Of a DNA stretch of 57,434 bases, positions 18,477-28,382 are shown in pieces (position 1 is the first letter of the stretch; each line of letters opens with the position of its first letter). The notes beneath the pieces were generated by a model. That model ran no database searches. It saw nothing but the letters and a program-made list of their open reading frames with translations, and was not told the origin of the DNA. The translations under genes and the position numbers were made by a program. Source of the stretch: Salinivirgaceae bacterium (GTDB lineage: Bacteria; Bacteroidota; Bacteroidia; Bacteroidales; SZUA-534); NCBI GenBank assembly GCA_024405635.1, contig JAKSOL010000019.1, positions 1 to 57,434 of the forward strand, read 5' to 3'.

Positions 18477-21173
18477 TTGAAAACACCACGCAAAGCGTTG
18501 TTGTGTTTACTATTGTTTTTAAGCACAACAGCAATGGCTCAAAACGACCTTTGGCACCGATTGAGCAAAGACTATCAAGGAAGTTCGCTCTCAAACATGA
18601 TGCAAGAAATTGAAGAGCAAACCAACATTCGATTCTACTACAAAGACGCATGGATAAATAGCATAGGTGTGCAAATGCCAACCGAAGGGCGAACAGTTAA
18701 ATGGGTAATTGATCGTGCGCTTATTGGCTACGGGCTTAACTACATCATTTTTCAAGGCTCAAACATGATATTTGTACCCGAAGGCTTTACCGTTGAACAC
18801 GATAAACTTGAAGAAGGCATGGTGGGCTACGTTAAAGTTATTGGCAACGTACTTGAAAAAGGTAAATACAAAAAAAACAAAGTTGAAGGTATAATTACCG
18901 ATAGCAAAACAGGCGACCCTGTTATTGGCGCAGTAGTAAACGACAAAAAACACCGCATTGCCACAACTAGCGACATAAACGGACACTACGAAATAATGCT
19001 GCCATTGGGCCAAACCGAACTCGAATTTTCATTTATTGGACTTGAAACCACTACTATAAAAATTGATGTACTCAGCCCTGGTACTCTTGACATGGAGTTA
19101 CTTGAAAATTCAATTGACATTGAAACCATAACCATTATGGGCGAAGGCGGCCGCAGCCGCATAAATCGCACACAAATGGGTTTAGAGTCAATGGATATGC
19201 GGTCAATAGGCAAACTACCTGTGCTTATGGGCGAAGCCGACATTATTAAAACAATGACCCTGATGCCAGGTGTACAATCAACTGGCGAAATGGCATCGGG
19301 CTTTAGCGTACGCGGTGGCAATGTTGACCAAAACCTTGTCTTACTAAACGATGTGCCTCTTTATAGCACCTCGCACCTTTTTGGTCTATTCTCAACATTT
19401 ATTCCAAACGCAGTAAGCGGAATAGACCTACACAAAGGAACACAAGGGGCGCAATATGGTAGCCGCATTTCGTCAGTAATGGACATTTCGCTAAAAAAAG
19501 CTGACACTACAAAATTTAAAGGTAATGCTGGCATTGGAATACTAAACAGCCATTTGTTTATTGAAAGCCCAATATCAAAGCATGTTAGTTTTATGCTTGG
19601 AGGCCGAACCACCTACTCAAATTGGATTTTAGCAAAACTGCACGATGCAAATATTCGCAATAGCCAAGCCAATTTTTACGATATGATTGGCAAAGTTGAT
19701 ATTAAAATCAACTGCAGCAACAATATCGAAGTTTACGGATACCAAAGCTACGACCGATTTGACTATGCTAGACTAAACGAATTTGAATACTCATCAACAT
19801 TGGCAGGCGCCACATACCGCAGTAGAATAAACACATTGTCGCAACTAAAAGTTTCGGCAGCTTATTCTGGCTACAAATCGGCCTACATAAGCAAACGCGA
19901 TGCGCAACTTGCAAACGAAGTTGAAACAGGCATTTCGCACATACGTGGCAAAGCCGAATATTCTACCACCGCAGGCATGCACAACATTATTTTAGGAGCC
20001 GAAGGCAACTTTGTTAACATTACACCAGGCGAACAATCGCCTTACGGCAAATACTCAAACGCATTAAGCATAAACATTGACCACGAAAATGGTCTTGAGT
20101 TGGCCGGTTTTGCATCAGACAACATTACCCTAACCAACCAACTAAATGCCACATTAGGCTTGCGATACTCTTGGTTTACCAAACTAGGCGGCAAAAACCG
20201 AGTTTACCAAAAAGGTAAACCAATTAATGCCGAAACATTGATTGCAGACTCGCCCGACAAAGACAAAAATGTGTCGTATGGTGGAATTGAACCTCGCTTG
20301 GGATTACGACTTAAACTTGGTAACAACAGCGCTGCAAAACTCGGTTATAGTTTTACTCGCCAATACCAACAACTTATGAGTGCCAACACAACACCCGCAC
20401 CATTCGACTATTGGAAATTGGCCGATAGAAACATTGAACCACTTAAATGCCAACAAGTATCGCTGGGACTAAACACCACATTTTTAAGTGAGATGTACGA
20501 CTTTTCGGCAGAATTTTATTACAAGACAACCCAAAACCAAACCGACTACAAAAACGGCGCTATATTGCTGATGAATAATGCTCCTGAACAAAGTTTGGTA
20601 AATGGCGAAGCAAGAGCCTATGGCGTTGAATTGATGCTAAAAAAGAATTTTGGTTCACTAACAGGTTGGTTAAGCTACACACTATCAAAGGCAGAAATGC
20701 GAACAACAAGCAAATTTGCCGAAGAAACAATAAACAACGGCGATTGGTATCGAACCACATCGCATCACTTACACGATTTGAGCCTAACCACAAATTGGCA
20801 AGCAACTCGCCGATGGAATGTTGCAACCAACTTTGTACTTACAAGCGGACGCCCATGCACAATGCCCGAGCAATACTTCCAAATCAACAATATGGATGTT
20901 GCATTATACTCTGCTCGCAACAAATATGATTTGCCTACGTACCACAGACTTGACCTTTCTGTGACCTACGATGCATATTTGAACAAAAAGCATCGCGTAC
21001 ACCCAAGTTTAACTTTTGCTATTTACAACCTATACGGGCATCACAACGTTTATTCGGCTTACTACAAAAAAACCGAACCTTCGAGCATGAATGGGTACCA
21101 TACATTTGGATTTTACAAACTATCAATCATTGGATCTCCCATTCCTTCTGTTACACTCAACCTAACATTCTAA
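18477..21173 (+). CDS. TonB-dependent receptor with N-terminal STN-like and carboxypeptidase-regulatory-like domains (non-SusC type)
   Basis: VEGIITDSKTGDPVIGA, plug MPGVQS...GFSVRGGNVDQNLVLLND, YHRLDLS and terminal F. Likely start TTG 18477 gives the signal peptide KALLCLLLFLSTTAMAQ; the ORF track starts at 18393. Confidence 0.9.
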   Translation: MKTPRKALLCLLLFLSTTAMAQNDLWHRLSKDYQGSSLSNMMQEIEEQTNIRFYYKDAWINSIGVQMPTEGRTVKWVIDRALIGYGLNYIIFQGSNMIFVPEGFTVEHDKLEEGMVGYVKVIGNVLEKGKYKKNKVEGIITDSKTGDPVIGAVVNDKKHRIATTSDINGHYEIMLPLGQTELEFSFIGLETTTIKIDVLSPGTLDMELLENSIDIETITIMGEGGRSRINRTQMGLESMDMRSIGKLPVLMGEADIIKTMTLMPGVQSTGEMASGFSVRGGNVDQNLVLLNDVPLYSTSHLFGLFSTFIPNAVSGIDLHKGTQGAQYGSRISSVMDISLKKADTTKFKGNAGIGILNSHLFIESPISKHVSFMLGGRTTYSNWILAKLHDANIRNSQANFYDMIGKVDIKINCSNNIEVYGYQSYDRFDYARLNEFEYSSTLAGATYRSRINTLSQLKVSAAYSGYKSAYISKRDAQLANEVETGISHIRGKAEYSTTAGMHNIILGAEGNFVNITPGEQSPYGKYSNALSINIDHENGLELAGFASDNITLTNQLNATLGLRYSWFTKLGGKNRVYQKGKPINAETLIADSPDKDKNVSYGGIEPRLGLRLKLGNNSAAKLGYSFTRQYQQLMSANTTPAPFDYWKLADRNIEPLKCQQVSLGLNTTFLSEMYDFSAEFYYKTTQNQTDYKNGAILLMNNAPEQSLVNGEARAYGVELMLKKNFGSLTGWLSYTLSKAEMRTTSKFAEETINNGDWYRTTSHHLHDLSLTTNWQATRRWNVATNFVLTSGRPCTMPEQYFQINNMDVALYSARNKYDLPTYHRLDLSVTYDAYLNKKHRVHPSLTFAIYNLYGHHNVYSAYYKKTEPSSMNGYHTFGFYKLSIIGSPIPSVTLNLTF

Positions 21174-21176
21174 ACC

Positions 21177-22301
21177 ATGAAACGCATAATTCCTTTCATA
21201 CTAATAGTTCTGCTATTTGCTAGTTGCGAAGAATACTATGAGCCAGAACTTGACAACATTGAATCGATGTATGTTATTGACGGATTAATAACAACCGAAC
21301 TAAAAAAGCATTCGGTTAGAATATCGATGAGCAACGGCAGAAGTTCCGAAAATAAAAAACACACCTATGTACACGATGCCAAGGTTTACATTGAAGAGCC
21401 TAATGGTCGTGCAATAAAATTTATATACAAAGGAAATGGTGTTTATACATCAAAAGAAGCCTTTGCTGCTCAAATTGGAACAACATACGTGTTGCGCGTT
21501 TTAGTTGACGATTTAGCATTTAAATCGGCCCCAGTAACACCTTTGCCATGCCCCGAAGTTGATAGTATTTCCGGCAATTATTTTTCTGAAATAAAATTGG
21601 AAGAATCAGAAGCTGCACTAAGCGGAGGTGTGCGCGAAGAACGCGTATCTGGGATTCAAATTAATGTATCAAGCATTACACAAAATTCAACTCCATATTA
21701 CCGATATTTAGGTCATATTGTTTTTCAAAGCAACCAATGCTACCCTAGCCTTCATGGTTTTGATCCTATTGTTAACGTGTATATCTACCGAAACTTTCCT
21801 ATTGCTGGCATCATCAGTCTTGGAAATGCAACACAATACTCAAATCAAAACATAAGCCAGCTACCTTTCTATTCTATAAAAACAAACATGCTATACCACA
21901 TAGAAGAAAATCCTGCACCTGATATTGTAGGCTCTCGTACCGATTTTGAACAAAAACAAGTTGGCATGTTTGTGCGCATTGACCAATACTCACTCAGTGC
22001 CGATGAGTATAAATTTTGGAAAGCACTTAACCGTCAACAAACTGCAGAAAACTTTCTCTTCAGCCCAATTGAAGAGCAAGTGCCAACCAACATAAAGTGC
22101 ATAACCGACACAACAACCAGCGTTTTGGGCTTTTTCTGCATCTCCGATGTTAAATCAGGTTACCAAGCATTCAGTTTGCAAGAACACAAGCAAGCGGTTG
22201 TTAGTTATCCTATAGAAAAACTCCCATACTCGCCCAACGACACTACTTTGATATATTACTACTACGACTATCCATCTGACTACATTAACTTCATCAACTA
22301 A
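21177..22301 (+). CDS. DUF4249-family lipoprotein
   Basis: Lipobox FASC, VIDGLIT, QYSLSADEYKFWK and PTNIKC...VLGFF; typical partner of this TBDT class. Confidence 0.8.
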   Translation: MKRIIPFILIVLLFASCEEYYEPELDNIESMYVIDGLITTELKKHSVRISMSNGRSSENKKHTYVHDAKVYIEEPNGRAIKFIYKGNGVYTSKEAFAAQIGTTYVLRVLVDDLAFKSAPVTPLPCPEVDSISGNYFSEIKLEESEAALSGGVREERVSGIQINVSSITQNSTPYYRYLGHIVFQSNQCYPSLHGFDPIVNVYIYRNFPIAGIISLGNATQYSNQNISQLPFYSIKTNMLYHIEENPAPDIVGSRTDFEQKQVGMFVRIDQYSLSADEYKFWKALNRQQTAENFLFSPIEEQVPTNIKCITDTTTSVLGFFCISDVKSGYQAFSLQEHKQAVVSYPIEKLPYSPNDTTLIYYYYDYPSDYINFIN

Positions 22302-22304
22302 AAA

Positions 22305-23972
22305 ATGAAAAAACTACTCACCATAATAGCCACAGTAGCCTTAGCTCAATGCGTTTGGGCCCAAAAACTTAACAACAACCACCCCGTTGCTCTCGATATC
22401 GACCGCAGTAGCTACATTGCTGGCGAGCCTGTGTTATTCAATGTATTTGTTTATTCTGAATTGATTGAGCGTGTGCCTTTGGGCGACGATATTTATGTTG
22501 ACCTTGTTGACCAAAACGGCAACTGGATAATTGGCACCATTGCTCGCGAAACTAACGGTACATGTTTTGGAACTCTTAATATTCCCGACTCTGTTAGCAG
22601 CGGTTTTTACAACATACGCGCTTATACCAACTACCCCAATATGGACAACTACTATTGCGGGCGAGAAGTTTATATATTCAATCGTTTTGGCGACAAAAAC
22701 CCAATTCAACTTACCGATGCATCACTTTTAGCAATAAATTCAAAACAACTCGGATTAATTAGCGCTAACAACGAGGTTGCTCGTCGAAATAAGGTTTCGG
22801 TAAAAATTGATAATTCTCTTTCCGACTCAATTTTTGGCACCGTTAGAGTAATTAAACGAGACCAATGGGAAAATAAAAAGTCGCCATACTACGGACAAGT
22901 ATCATCGCGACAAATAACCGACGAAAACAACAGCATAATGCCATACAACGGCCTGTTTATCAGCGGAAAAGTAACCGATGCCAACGGACAACCCATTTCA
23001 GGTTGCATTGTGTTGCTATCAAGTGTCGATTCGCTCATACGACTGAAATATGACGTTACCGACCAAAACGGTTCGTTTGGTGTGCAATACAACAACTACT
23101 ATGGTAAACTAAACATTATTGCCAGCGCATTTGAACCACTTAATATGATGCCTATTTACGATGCGCAAATAACTATCGATGAGCAATTTACCAAAACCAT
23201 TGAGAGCAAAACCAACCTTGAAAAAGACTATTCAATGACCATTGATAGCCTTGATTTAAACAAATCAATTATTGCAAAGGCATACGAGTTTGCATCATAT
23301 AGCATCGACACTCAACCCATGCGCCCAACGCTGTTTTACGACAACTACTTTATTGGGAAAACACTTGCTCACACAGTCAATACCGACGATTATTTGGAAT
23401 TGAACAACTTTAACGAGATTACTCGCGAGCTGCTCAGTTACGTTAAAATTCGCAACCGACAAGGTAAACCAGAGGCTCGTGTAGTAACCAATGTTGGAAC
23501 AACCACACCAATTGTTGCAGACAACCCTCTTATTTTGGTTGATGCAGTGCAACTAACCGATTTAAGCAAAATAATTGATTGGGGAACAAAAAAAATAAAA
23601 CGTGTTGATACTCAAACCCGTCAACGCAACTACGGAAACGTAATTTTCAAAAACGGAATTGTGATGATTTGGACACGCAACTTCAATTTTTGGGCCGAAG
23701 AAAACCTACCTCGCGGAACTTACATGTTCAGCATCAATAGTTTTCAGCAACCCATTGTGCAACAAAAAGACAAACCACACAACAATGCTGACAGAGTTCC
23801 ACAAATTCAACCTTGCATTTACTGGAACCCTAACATAACTATTGCTCCTAATCAGAATAACGAATTTGAGATTACAGCATCAGATGAAAAAGGTGACTTT
23901 GTAATAGAATTGTTTGCCATTGACAAAAAAGGCAACTACATAACCGATTATAAGTTTATTACATTCAAATAA
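22305..23972 (+). CDS. Exported protein with MG2 (macroglobulin)-like N-domain, carboxypeptidase-regulatory-like domain and plug-like segment
   Basis: DRSSYIAGEPVLF...IYVDLVD...SGFYNIRAYT; ISGKVTDANGQPISG; NPLILVDAV...YGNVIFKNGIVMIWT; IYWNPNI. Confidence 0.7.
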   Translation: MKKLLTIIATVALAQCVWAQKLNNNHPVALDIDRSSYIAGEPVLFNVFVYSELIERVPLGDDIYVDLVDQNGNWIIGTIARETNGTCFGTLNIPDSVSSGFYNIRAYTNYPNMDNYYCGREVYIFNRFGDKNPIQLTDASLLAINSKQLGLISANNEVARRNKVSVKIDNSLSDSIFGTVRVIKRDQWENKKSPYYGQVSSRQITDENNSIMPYNGLFISGKVTDANGQPISGCIVLLSSVDSLIRLKYDVTDQNGSFGVQYNNYYGKLNIIASAFEPLNMMPIYDAQITIDEQFTKTIESKTNLEKDYSMTIDSLDLNKSIIAKAYEFASYSIDTQPMRPTLFYDNYFIGKTLAHTVNTDDYLELNNFNEITRELLSYVKIRNRQGKPEARVVTNVGTTTPIVADNPLILVDAVQLTDLSKIIDWGTKKIKRVDTQTRQRNYGNVIFKNGIVMIWTRNFNFWAEENLPRGTYMFSINSFQQPIVQQKDKPHNNADRVPQIQPCIYWNPNITIAPNQNNEFEITASDEKGDFVIELFAIDKKGNYITDYKFITFK

Positions 23973-23980
23973 ACCACGCC

Positions 23981-24682
23981 ATGCGATTAACTCTACGATT
24001 TATACTATCAATTTCAGCCCTTGTTATTGCAACCTCAGCTAACGCACAAGGAACTAAACTGCGCAAAACAGCACAACAGCACATTACTGGAACCCCATTC
24101 AACATTTATTATATGATGTACGATGGTTATCCATTTACTATTGATAATTGGACCAACGGTTCGGTAACTTTAATAAGTGGCGAAACATACTCTGAACTGC
24201 AACTAAAATACGATGCTTTACACGAAGACGTTGTTTACTACAATTCACTGAATCACAGCATGATATCAATCGACAAAGATATCATTACACAATTTGAACT
24301 AAACTACCCTAATGGAACAACCGAAACATTTAAATGTTTAACAGGCGAAGGTTTAGGAACCAACAACGGAAAGTATTTTGCAATAATTTACGAAGACAGT
24401 ATATCGTTAGTAACCAAATACATAACCCGAATTCAAAACAATTCAAATGCCAATCCGTCTTCGCGAAAAACAGGAGAACTACTACACCGCGAAGAAAACT
24501 ACATTTGGGACCAACAAACATTGCGTTCAGTTCCTCGTTCACGCTCAAAACTCATAAACCTATACCCTCAATTTAAAGACGAACTTCGCCACTTTGCAAG
24601 CAAAAACCATATTAAGATGCGCAACAAAGCCGATGTTGCCAAAATGGTTGAAGAAATAAATCGTTTAGTAGCCGACAAATAA
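23981..24682 (+). CDS. Exported hypothetical protein
   Basis: Signal peptide ending ANA-Q; W.NGSV.L..GE.Y..L.LKYD motif; 8 nt after the previous stop. Confidence 0.75.
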   Translation: MRLTLRFILSISALVIATSANAQGTKLRKTAQQHITGTPFNIYYMMYDGYPFTIDNWTNGSVTLISGETYSELQLKYDALHEDVVYYNSLNHSMISIDKDIITQFELNYPNGTTETFKCLTGEGLGTNNGKYFAIIYEDSISLVTKYITRIQNNSNANPSSRKTGELLHREENYIWDQQTLRSVPRSRSKLINLYPQFKDELRHFASKNHIKMRNKADVAKMVEEINRLVADK

Positions 24683-24802
24683 GGTTAGTGTGCTATCTAT
24701 TTCATTATTAACAAATTAACCACAGCAACACAATGTAACAAATTGTGTATTATTCGTTAATTTCTAAATAGTCAGCAGCCAATCAAACAACTGACTCTCA
24801 AT

Positions 24803-24810
24803 TATATTTG
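24803..24810 (+). promoter_or_regulatory. -7 element TATATTTG for the Pmp3/PP2C operon
   Basis: TAnnTTTG match 24 nt before ATG 24835. Confidence 0.6.
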
Positions 24811-24834
24811 TGTTCTTACTAATCTATTTATTAC

Positions 24835-24987
24835 ATGGGACTTATAAGAGCTATATTGTGCATTTTGTTTCCACCATTATCAGTAATTGACAAAGGTTGT
24901 GGATCTGTGTTAATTACCTTTTTATTAACATGTTGTGGATGGGTGCCAGGTGCAATAGCAGCTTTAATAATTAATTCGAAACAATAA
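24835..24987 (+). CDS. YqaE/Pmp3-family small membrane proteolipid (50 aa, absent from the ORF track)
   Basis: Read manually: MGLIRAILCILFPPLSVIDKGCGSVLITFLLTCCGWVPGAIAALIINSKQ*, with the (L/F)PPL.V and GW.PG family motifs; TAATG overlap with the next gene. Confidence 0.88.
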   Translation: MGLIRAILCILFPPLSVIDKGCGSVLITFLLTCCGWVPGAIAALIINSKQ

Positions 24988-26288
24988 TGAAATTTCATAT
25001 TAACTACGGAAGCGCAAGCAACATTGGCGCAACTTGCAAATTCAATACCGATGCAACAACCGATTTTGAAATTGAAAATGGGCATGTGTTTGTTGTTTGC
25101 GATGGACACGACGGCATTGATGGCGGTGGCAGTATAGCATCGCGCATGACTGCCGACGAAATAAAACGCTATTTTTTTGAACGATCGTACAGCAACATTG
25201 GCAATGCTCTTACAAATGCCATTTCGTACGTTAACTACTGCGTTAACAACCTAGCAACAAAAGAAGAAAAATACAACGGCATTGGTTCTACACTAGCCAT
25301 TCTAATTATACAAGACAACGAGGCTTACTACGCATCGGCAGGCGACAGCCGCATTTATTTTTACAAAGACGGCAAAATGATGCAGCTTACTCGCGACCAC
25401 GTTTCTGATGTAAACAACGTAGCAAAAAGCACAGTAACCACTTTGGTTGGACAAGAACAAAACCTAAAATTCAACGTGTGCCGCAACCCTATTCTACTTG
25501 ACGGCGACGAACGTTTTTTACTCTGCACCGATGGATTAACCGACTTTGCAACCGACGACGAAATATTAACCCTACTACAAGACAACGACCTTTCAGCCGA
25601 ACACAAAACCATGAAAATGTTCCGCTTGGCCACCGACAAACAAAGCTCAGACAATGTTTCGGTTCAAGTTGTTGATTTTTCGACACCACAACCCAAAGCC
25701 GAAGAATCAAAAGGTTCAATATGGATTACATTAACTATTGTAGGTGTATTAATTGCCTTATTTGTAGGTATTTACCTATTCTATAGCAGTCAAGTTTCAA
25801 AACCTGACCAATCGGCCGTTACCAAAAAAACAACCGAAAGTGTTGTTTCAGTAATAGCCGAAGAAACACTTAGCGAACAAAACACAACCGAAACTTTGCA
25901 AGCCAATGCCCCACAAGAAGAAATAGTTGCAGAGCAACCTTCAGCCGAACCTGAAATTAAACGTCCTGAAGTGGCACATCCAGGTAGCCAACTATTCCAC
26001 ATGCACGTTATTGAACAAGGACAAAACTTGTTCCGCATAGGGTTACGCTACAACGTTCACTTTAGCGAACTTGAAAAAATAAACGGCGATGTTGCTAAAG
26101 CAATGGTCGTAGGCTCAAAACTCAAAATTCCAGTTAAGGCCAAACACCCTGTGTCAGCAGGCGAAACACTAAGCCTTATTGCTCAACGTTATAGTAGCAC
26201 CCCTGCAATCATTGCTCGTGCTAATCAAATTAACGAACTTGACGAACTTCCAGTAGGACAACTACTTATAATCCCTCTTAATAAGTAA
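24987..26288 (+). CDS. PP2C/PPM-family Ser/Thr phosphatase fused to a TM helix and two C-terminal LysM domains
   Basis: VCDGHDG, AGDSRIY, LTRDH, LLCTDGL and SDNVSV; TM IWITLTIVGVLIALFVGIYLFY; LysM HVIEQGQNLFRIGLRYNV...LKIP and HPVSAGETLSLIAQRY...LIIP. Confidence 0.88.
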   Translation: MKFHINYGSASNIGATCKFNTDATTDFEIENGHVFVVCDGHDGIDGGGSIASRMTADEIKRYFFERSYSNIGNALTNAISYVNYCVNNLATKEEKYNGIGSTLAILIIQDNEAYYASAGDSRIYFYKDGKMMQLTRDHVSDVNNVAKSTVTTLVGQEQNLKFNVCRNPILLDGDERFLLCTDGLTDFATDDEILTLLQDNDLSAEHKTMKMFRLATDKQSSDNVSVQVVDFSTPQPKAEESKGSIWITLTIVGVLIALFVGIYLFYSSQVSKPDQSAVTKKTTESVVSVIAEETLSEQNTTETLQANAPQEEIVAEQPSAEPEIKRPEVAHPGSQLFHMHVIEQGQNLFRIGLRYNVHFSELEKINGDVAKAMVVGSKLKIPVKAKHPVSAGETLSLIAQRYSSTPAIIARANQINELDELPVGQLLIIPLNK

Positions 26289-26293
26289 TAGCC

Positions 26294-26821
26294 ATGCCAG
26301 CCGAAAACACAACAGAAATATTACCGTTGGTTAACGACCAAGGCGAAGTTATTGGCAGCGCTCCTCGCACCTTGTGCCACTCTGACCGTACATTGCTGCA
26401 CCCAGTTGTTCACTTACATGTGTTTGACTATCAAGGCCGTTTATATCTGCAAAAACGATCAATGCAAAAACGCATACAACCAGGCAAATGGGACACTGCC
26501 GTTGGCGGACACATATCGTTTGGCGAACAAATATCCGACGCCTTACAACGCGAGGCTTTTGAAGAAATTGGACTAACAAACTTCAATCCCACCAAAATAA
26601 CCATGTACAAATGGGAATCGGCAGTTGAATCGGAAATGATAAACGTTTTTGCAACAACTACCAACCAACAACTAGTGCGCCAAAACGACGAAATTGACGA
26701 CGCCAAATTCTGGACTTTGGACGAAATACGTAGCTCAATTGGTAAAAACATTTTAACCCCAAACTTTGAGCGCGAATTTGAAATAGTAGTTCTCCCCTAC
26801 ATTCAGAGCGTAACCAAATAA
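26294..26821 (+). CDS. NUDIX hydrolase (IDI/YfcD-like)
   Basis: LLHPVVH, LYLQKRS, PGKWD and the Nudix box GGHISFGE...REAFEEIG. Confidence 0.88.
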   Translation: MPAENTTEILPLVNDQGEVIGSAPRTLCHSDRTLLHPVVHLHVFDYQGRLYLQKRSMQKRIQPGKWDTAVGGHISFGEQISDALQREAFEEIGLTNFNPTKITMYKWESAVESEMINVFATTTNQQLVRQNDEIDDAKFWTLDEIRSSIGKNILTPNFEREFEIVVLPYIQSVTK

Positions 26822-26839
26822 CACTCCCTATCCATCGTT

Positions 26840-28222
26840 ATGAAAAAGCAAATTATTATTACAGCTTTGGCATTATTGCCTATTGCCGTATTGGCTCAGC
26901 AAAAGGAAATAACTCCGCAAATGCTAAACCAAATTCAAAATAGTTTTGAAAACAACGCTGCCGACAAAGCCATTAGAAATGCCATTGCCGGAACCGACAT
27001 AAGAAAACTAGCATTGAGCCAAGATAATTTGAAAAGCATTGACACACATTTTGCTATTCATCTGAAAAACAAAGGAATAACAAACCAAGAATCGTCGGGC
27101 AGATGTTGGCTTTTTACAGGACTAAATGTTATGCGAGCCAAAGCTGTAGCCAAATACAACTTGCCAAATCTTGAATTTTCGCAAGTGTATTGTTTCTTCT
27201 GGGATCAACTTGAAAAATCTAATCTGTTTTTACAAAGCATTATCGACAATGCCGATAAACCAATTGACGACCAAATGGTATCGTGGTTGTTTGAAAATCC
27301 ATTGAGCGACGGTGGAACATTTACCGGCGTAGCCGATCTTGTTGCAAAATATGGACTAGTGCCAACCGATGTGATGCCCGAAACATATAGCAGCAACAAC
27401 ACTTCGCACTTTGCTGAAATACTTAAACTTAAGCTTCGCGAATATGGTTTAGAACTTCGCGAACTTGCAGCAAAAAAAGCCGACACACAAGCTCGCAAAA
27501 CCGAAATGCTTAGCACCGTTTACAGAATTTTAGCATTGAACTTTGGCGTTCCACAAACCGAGTTTGATTTTATTCGCAAAAACGAAAAGGGCGAAAACGT
27601 TGAAACTGAGCACCATACACCAATTTCGTTTATGCAAAAATATGGCGATACCGAGCTTATTTCAAACTACATAATGCTAATGAACGACCCTACTCGCGAC
27701 TATTACAAAGTTTATGAAATAAACATGGACCGCCACGTTTACGAGGGAAAAAACTGGATATATGTAAACCTACCAATAGACGAAATTAAGGAGATGGCCG
27801 TTGCATCGCTCAAAGACAGCAACATGATGTACTTCTCGTGCGATGTTGCAAAGTTTCTTAATAGCAAACGAGGCTTACTCGACCTAAATAACTACGATTA
27901 CGAATCGCTTTTTGGCACCACCTTCGCAATGGACAAACGTCAACGCATTGCAACACACGCAAGTGGTTCAAGCCACGCAATGACACTATGCGGTGTCGAT
28001 TTTGACTCAAACGGCAAAACCACCAAATGGCTTGTTGAAAATAGTTGGGGCGCATCGTCGGGGTGGAATGGTTACTTAATAATGACCGACGAATGGTTTA
28101 ACGAGTATATGTTCCGCTTGGTTATTAACGAAAAGTACGCCTCACCTAAAGTTAAAAAGGCTCTAAAAACTCAACCTATTGCTCTTCCTGCTTGGGATCC
28201 TATGTTCTTAGAAGAGGAATAA
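26840..28222 (+). CDS. pepC: Aminopeptidase C (bleomycin hydrolase family, peptidase C1B), exported
   Basis: NQESSGRCWLF (Cys), SHAM (His), ENSWG (Asn) and C-terminal LPAWDPM; signal peptide. Confidence 0.92.
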   Translation: MKKQIIITALALLPIAVLAQQKEITPQMLNQIQNSFENNAADKAIRNAIAGTDIRKLALSQDNLKSIDTHFAIHLKNKGITNQESSGRCWLFTGLNVMRAKAVAKYNLPNLEFSQVYCFFWDQLEKSNLFLQSIIDNADKPIDDQMVSWLFENPLSDGGTFTGVADLVAKYGLVPTDVMPETYSSNNTSHFAEILKLKLREYGLELRELAAKKADTQARKTEMLSTVYRILALNFGVPQTEFDFIRKNEKGENVETEHHTPISFMQKYGDTELISNYIMLMNDPTRDYYKVYEINMDRHVYEGKNWIYVNLPIDEIKEMAVASLKDSNMMYFSCDVAKFLNSKRGLLDLNNYDYESLFGTTFAMDKRQRIATHASGSSHAMTLCGVDFDSNGKTTKWLVENSWGASSGWNGYLIMTDEWFNEYMFRLVINEKYASPKVKKALKTQPIALPAWDPMFLEEE

Positions 28223-28234
28223 ATTTGCAATAAT

Positions 28235-28269
28235 AAACACTGTAATAGCAAATTTTCAGTGTTTTTTTT
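28235..28269 (+). terminator. Probable terminator after pepC
   Basis: AAACACTG...CAGTGTTT followed by a T-run. Confidence 0.6.
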
Positions 28270-28382
28270 GATTGCAACAAAATCCTCCCACCCACACATA
28301 TCTCCTATTGGTCAACATTAGGCTGCTTAGCGTTCATAATTAACGGTTTAGAGTTAATTTTGCTTAACTAACATTGCAAAAA

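Noticed and set aside
14136-24682. Classical polysaccharide utilisation locus (HTCS plus SusC/SusD)
   Set aside because: The receptor lacks SusC hallmarks, the lipoprotein is DUF4249-type rather than SusD, there are no glycoside hydrolases, and a strong terminator separates the HTCS from the cluster.
24831-25109. 92-aa minus-strand ORF
   Set aside because: Antisense to the better-supported Pmp3 ORF and the PP2C start.
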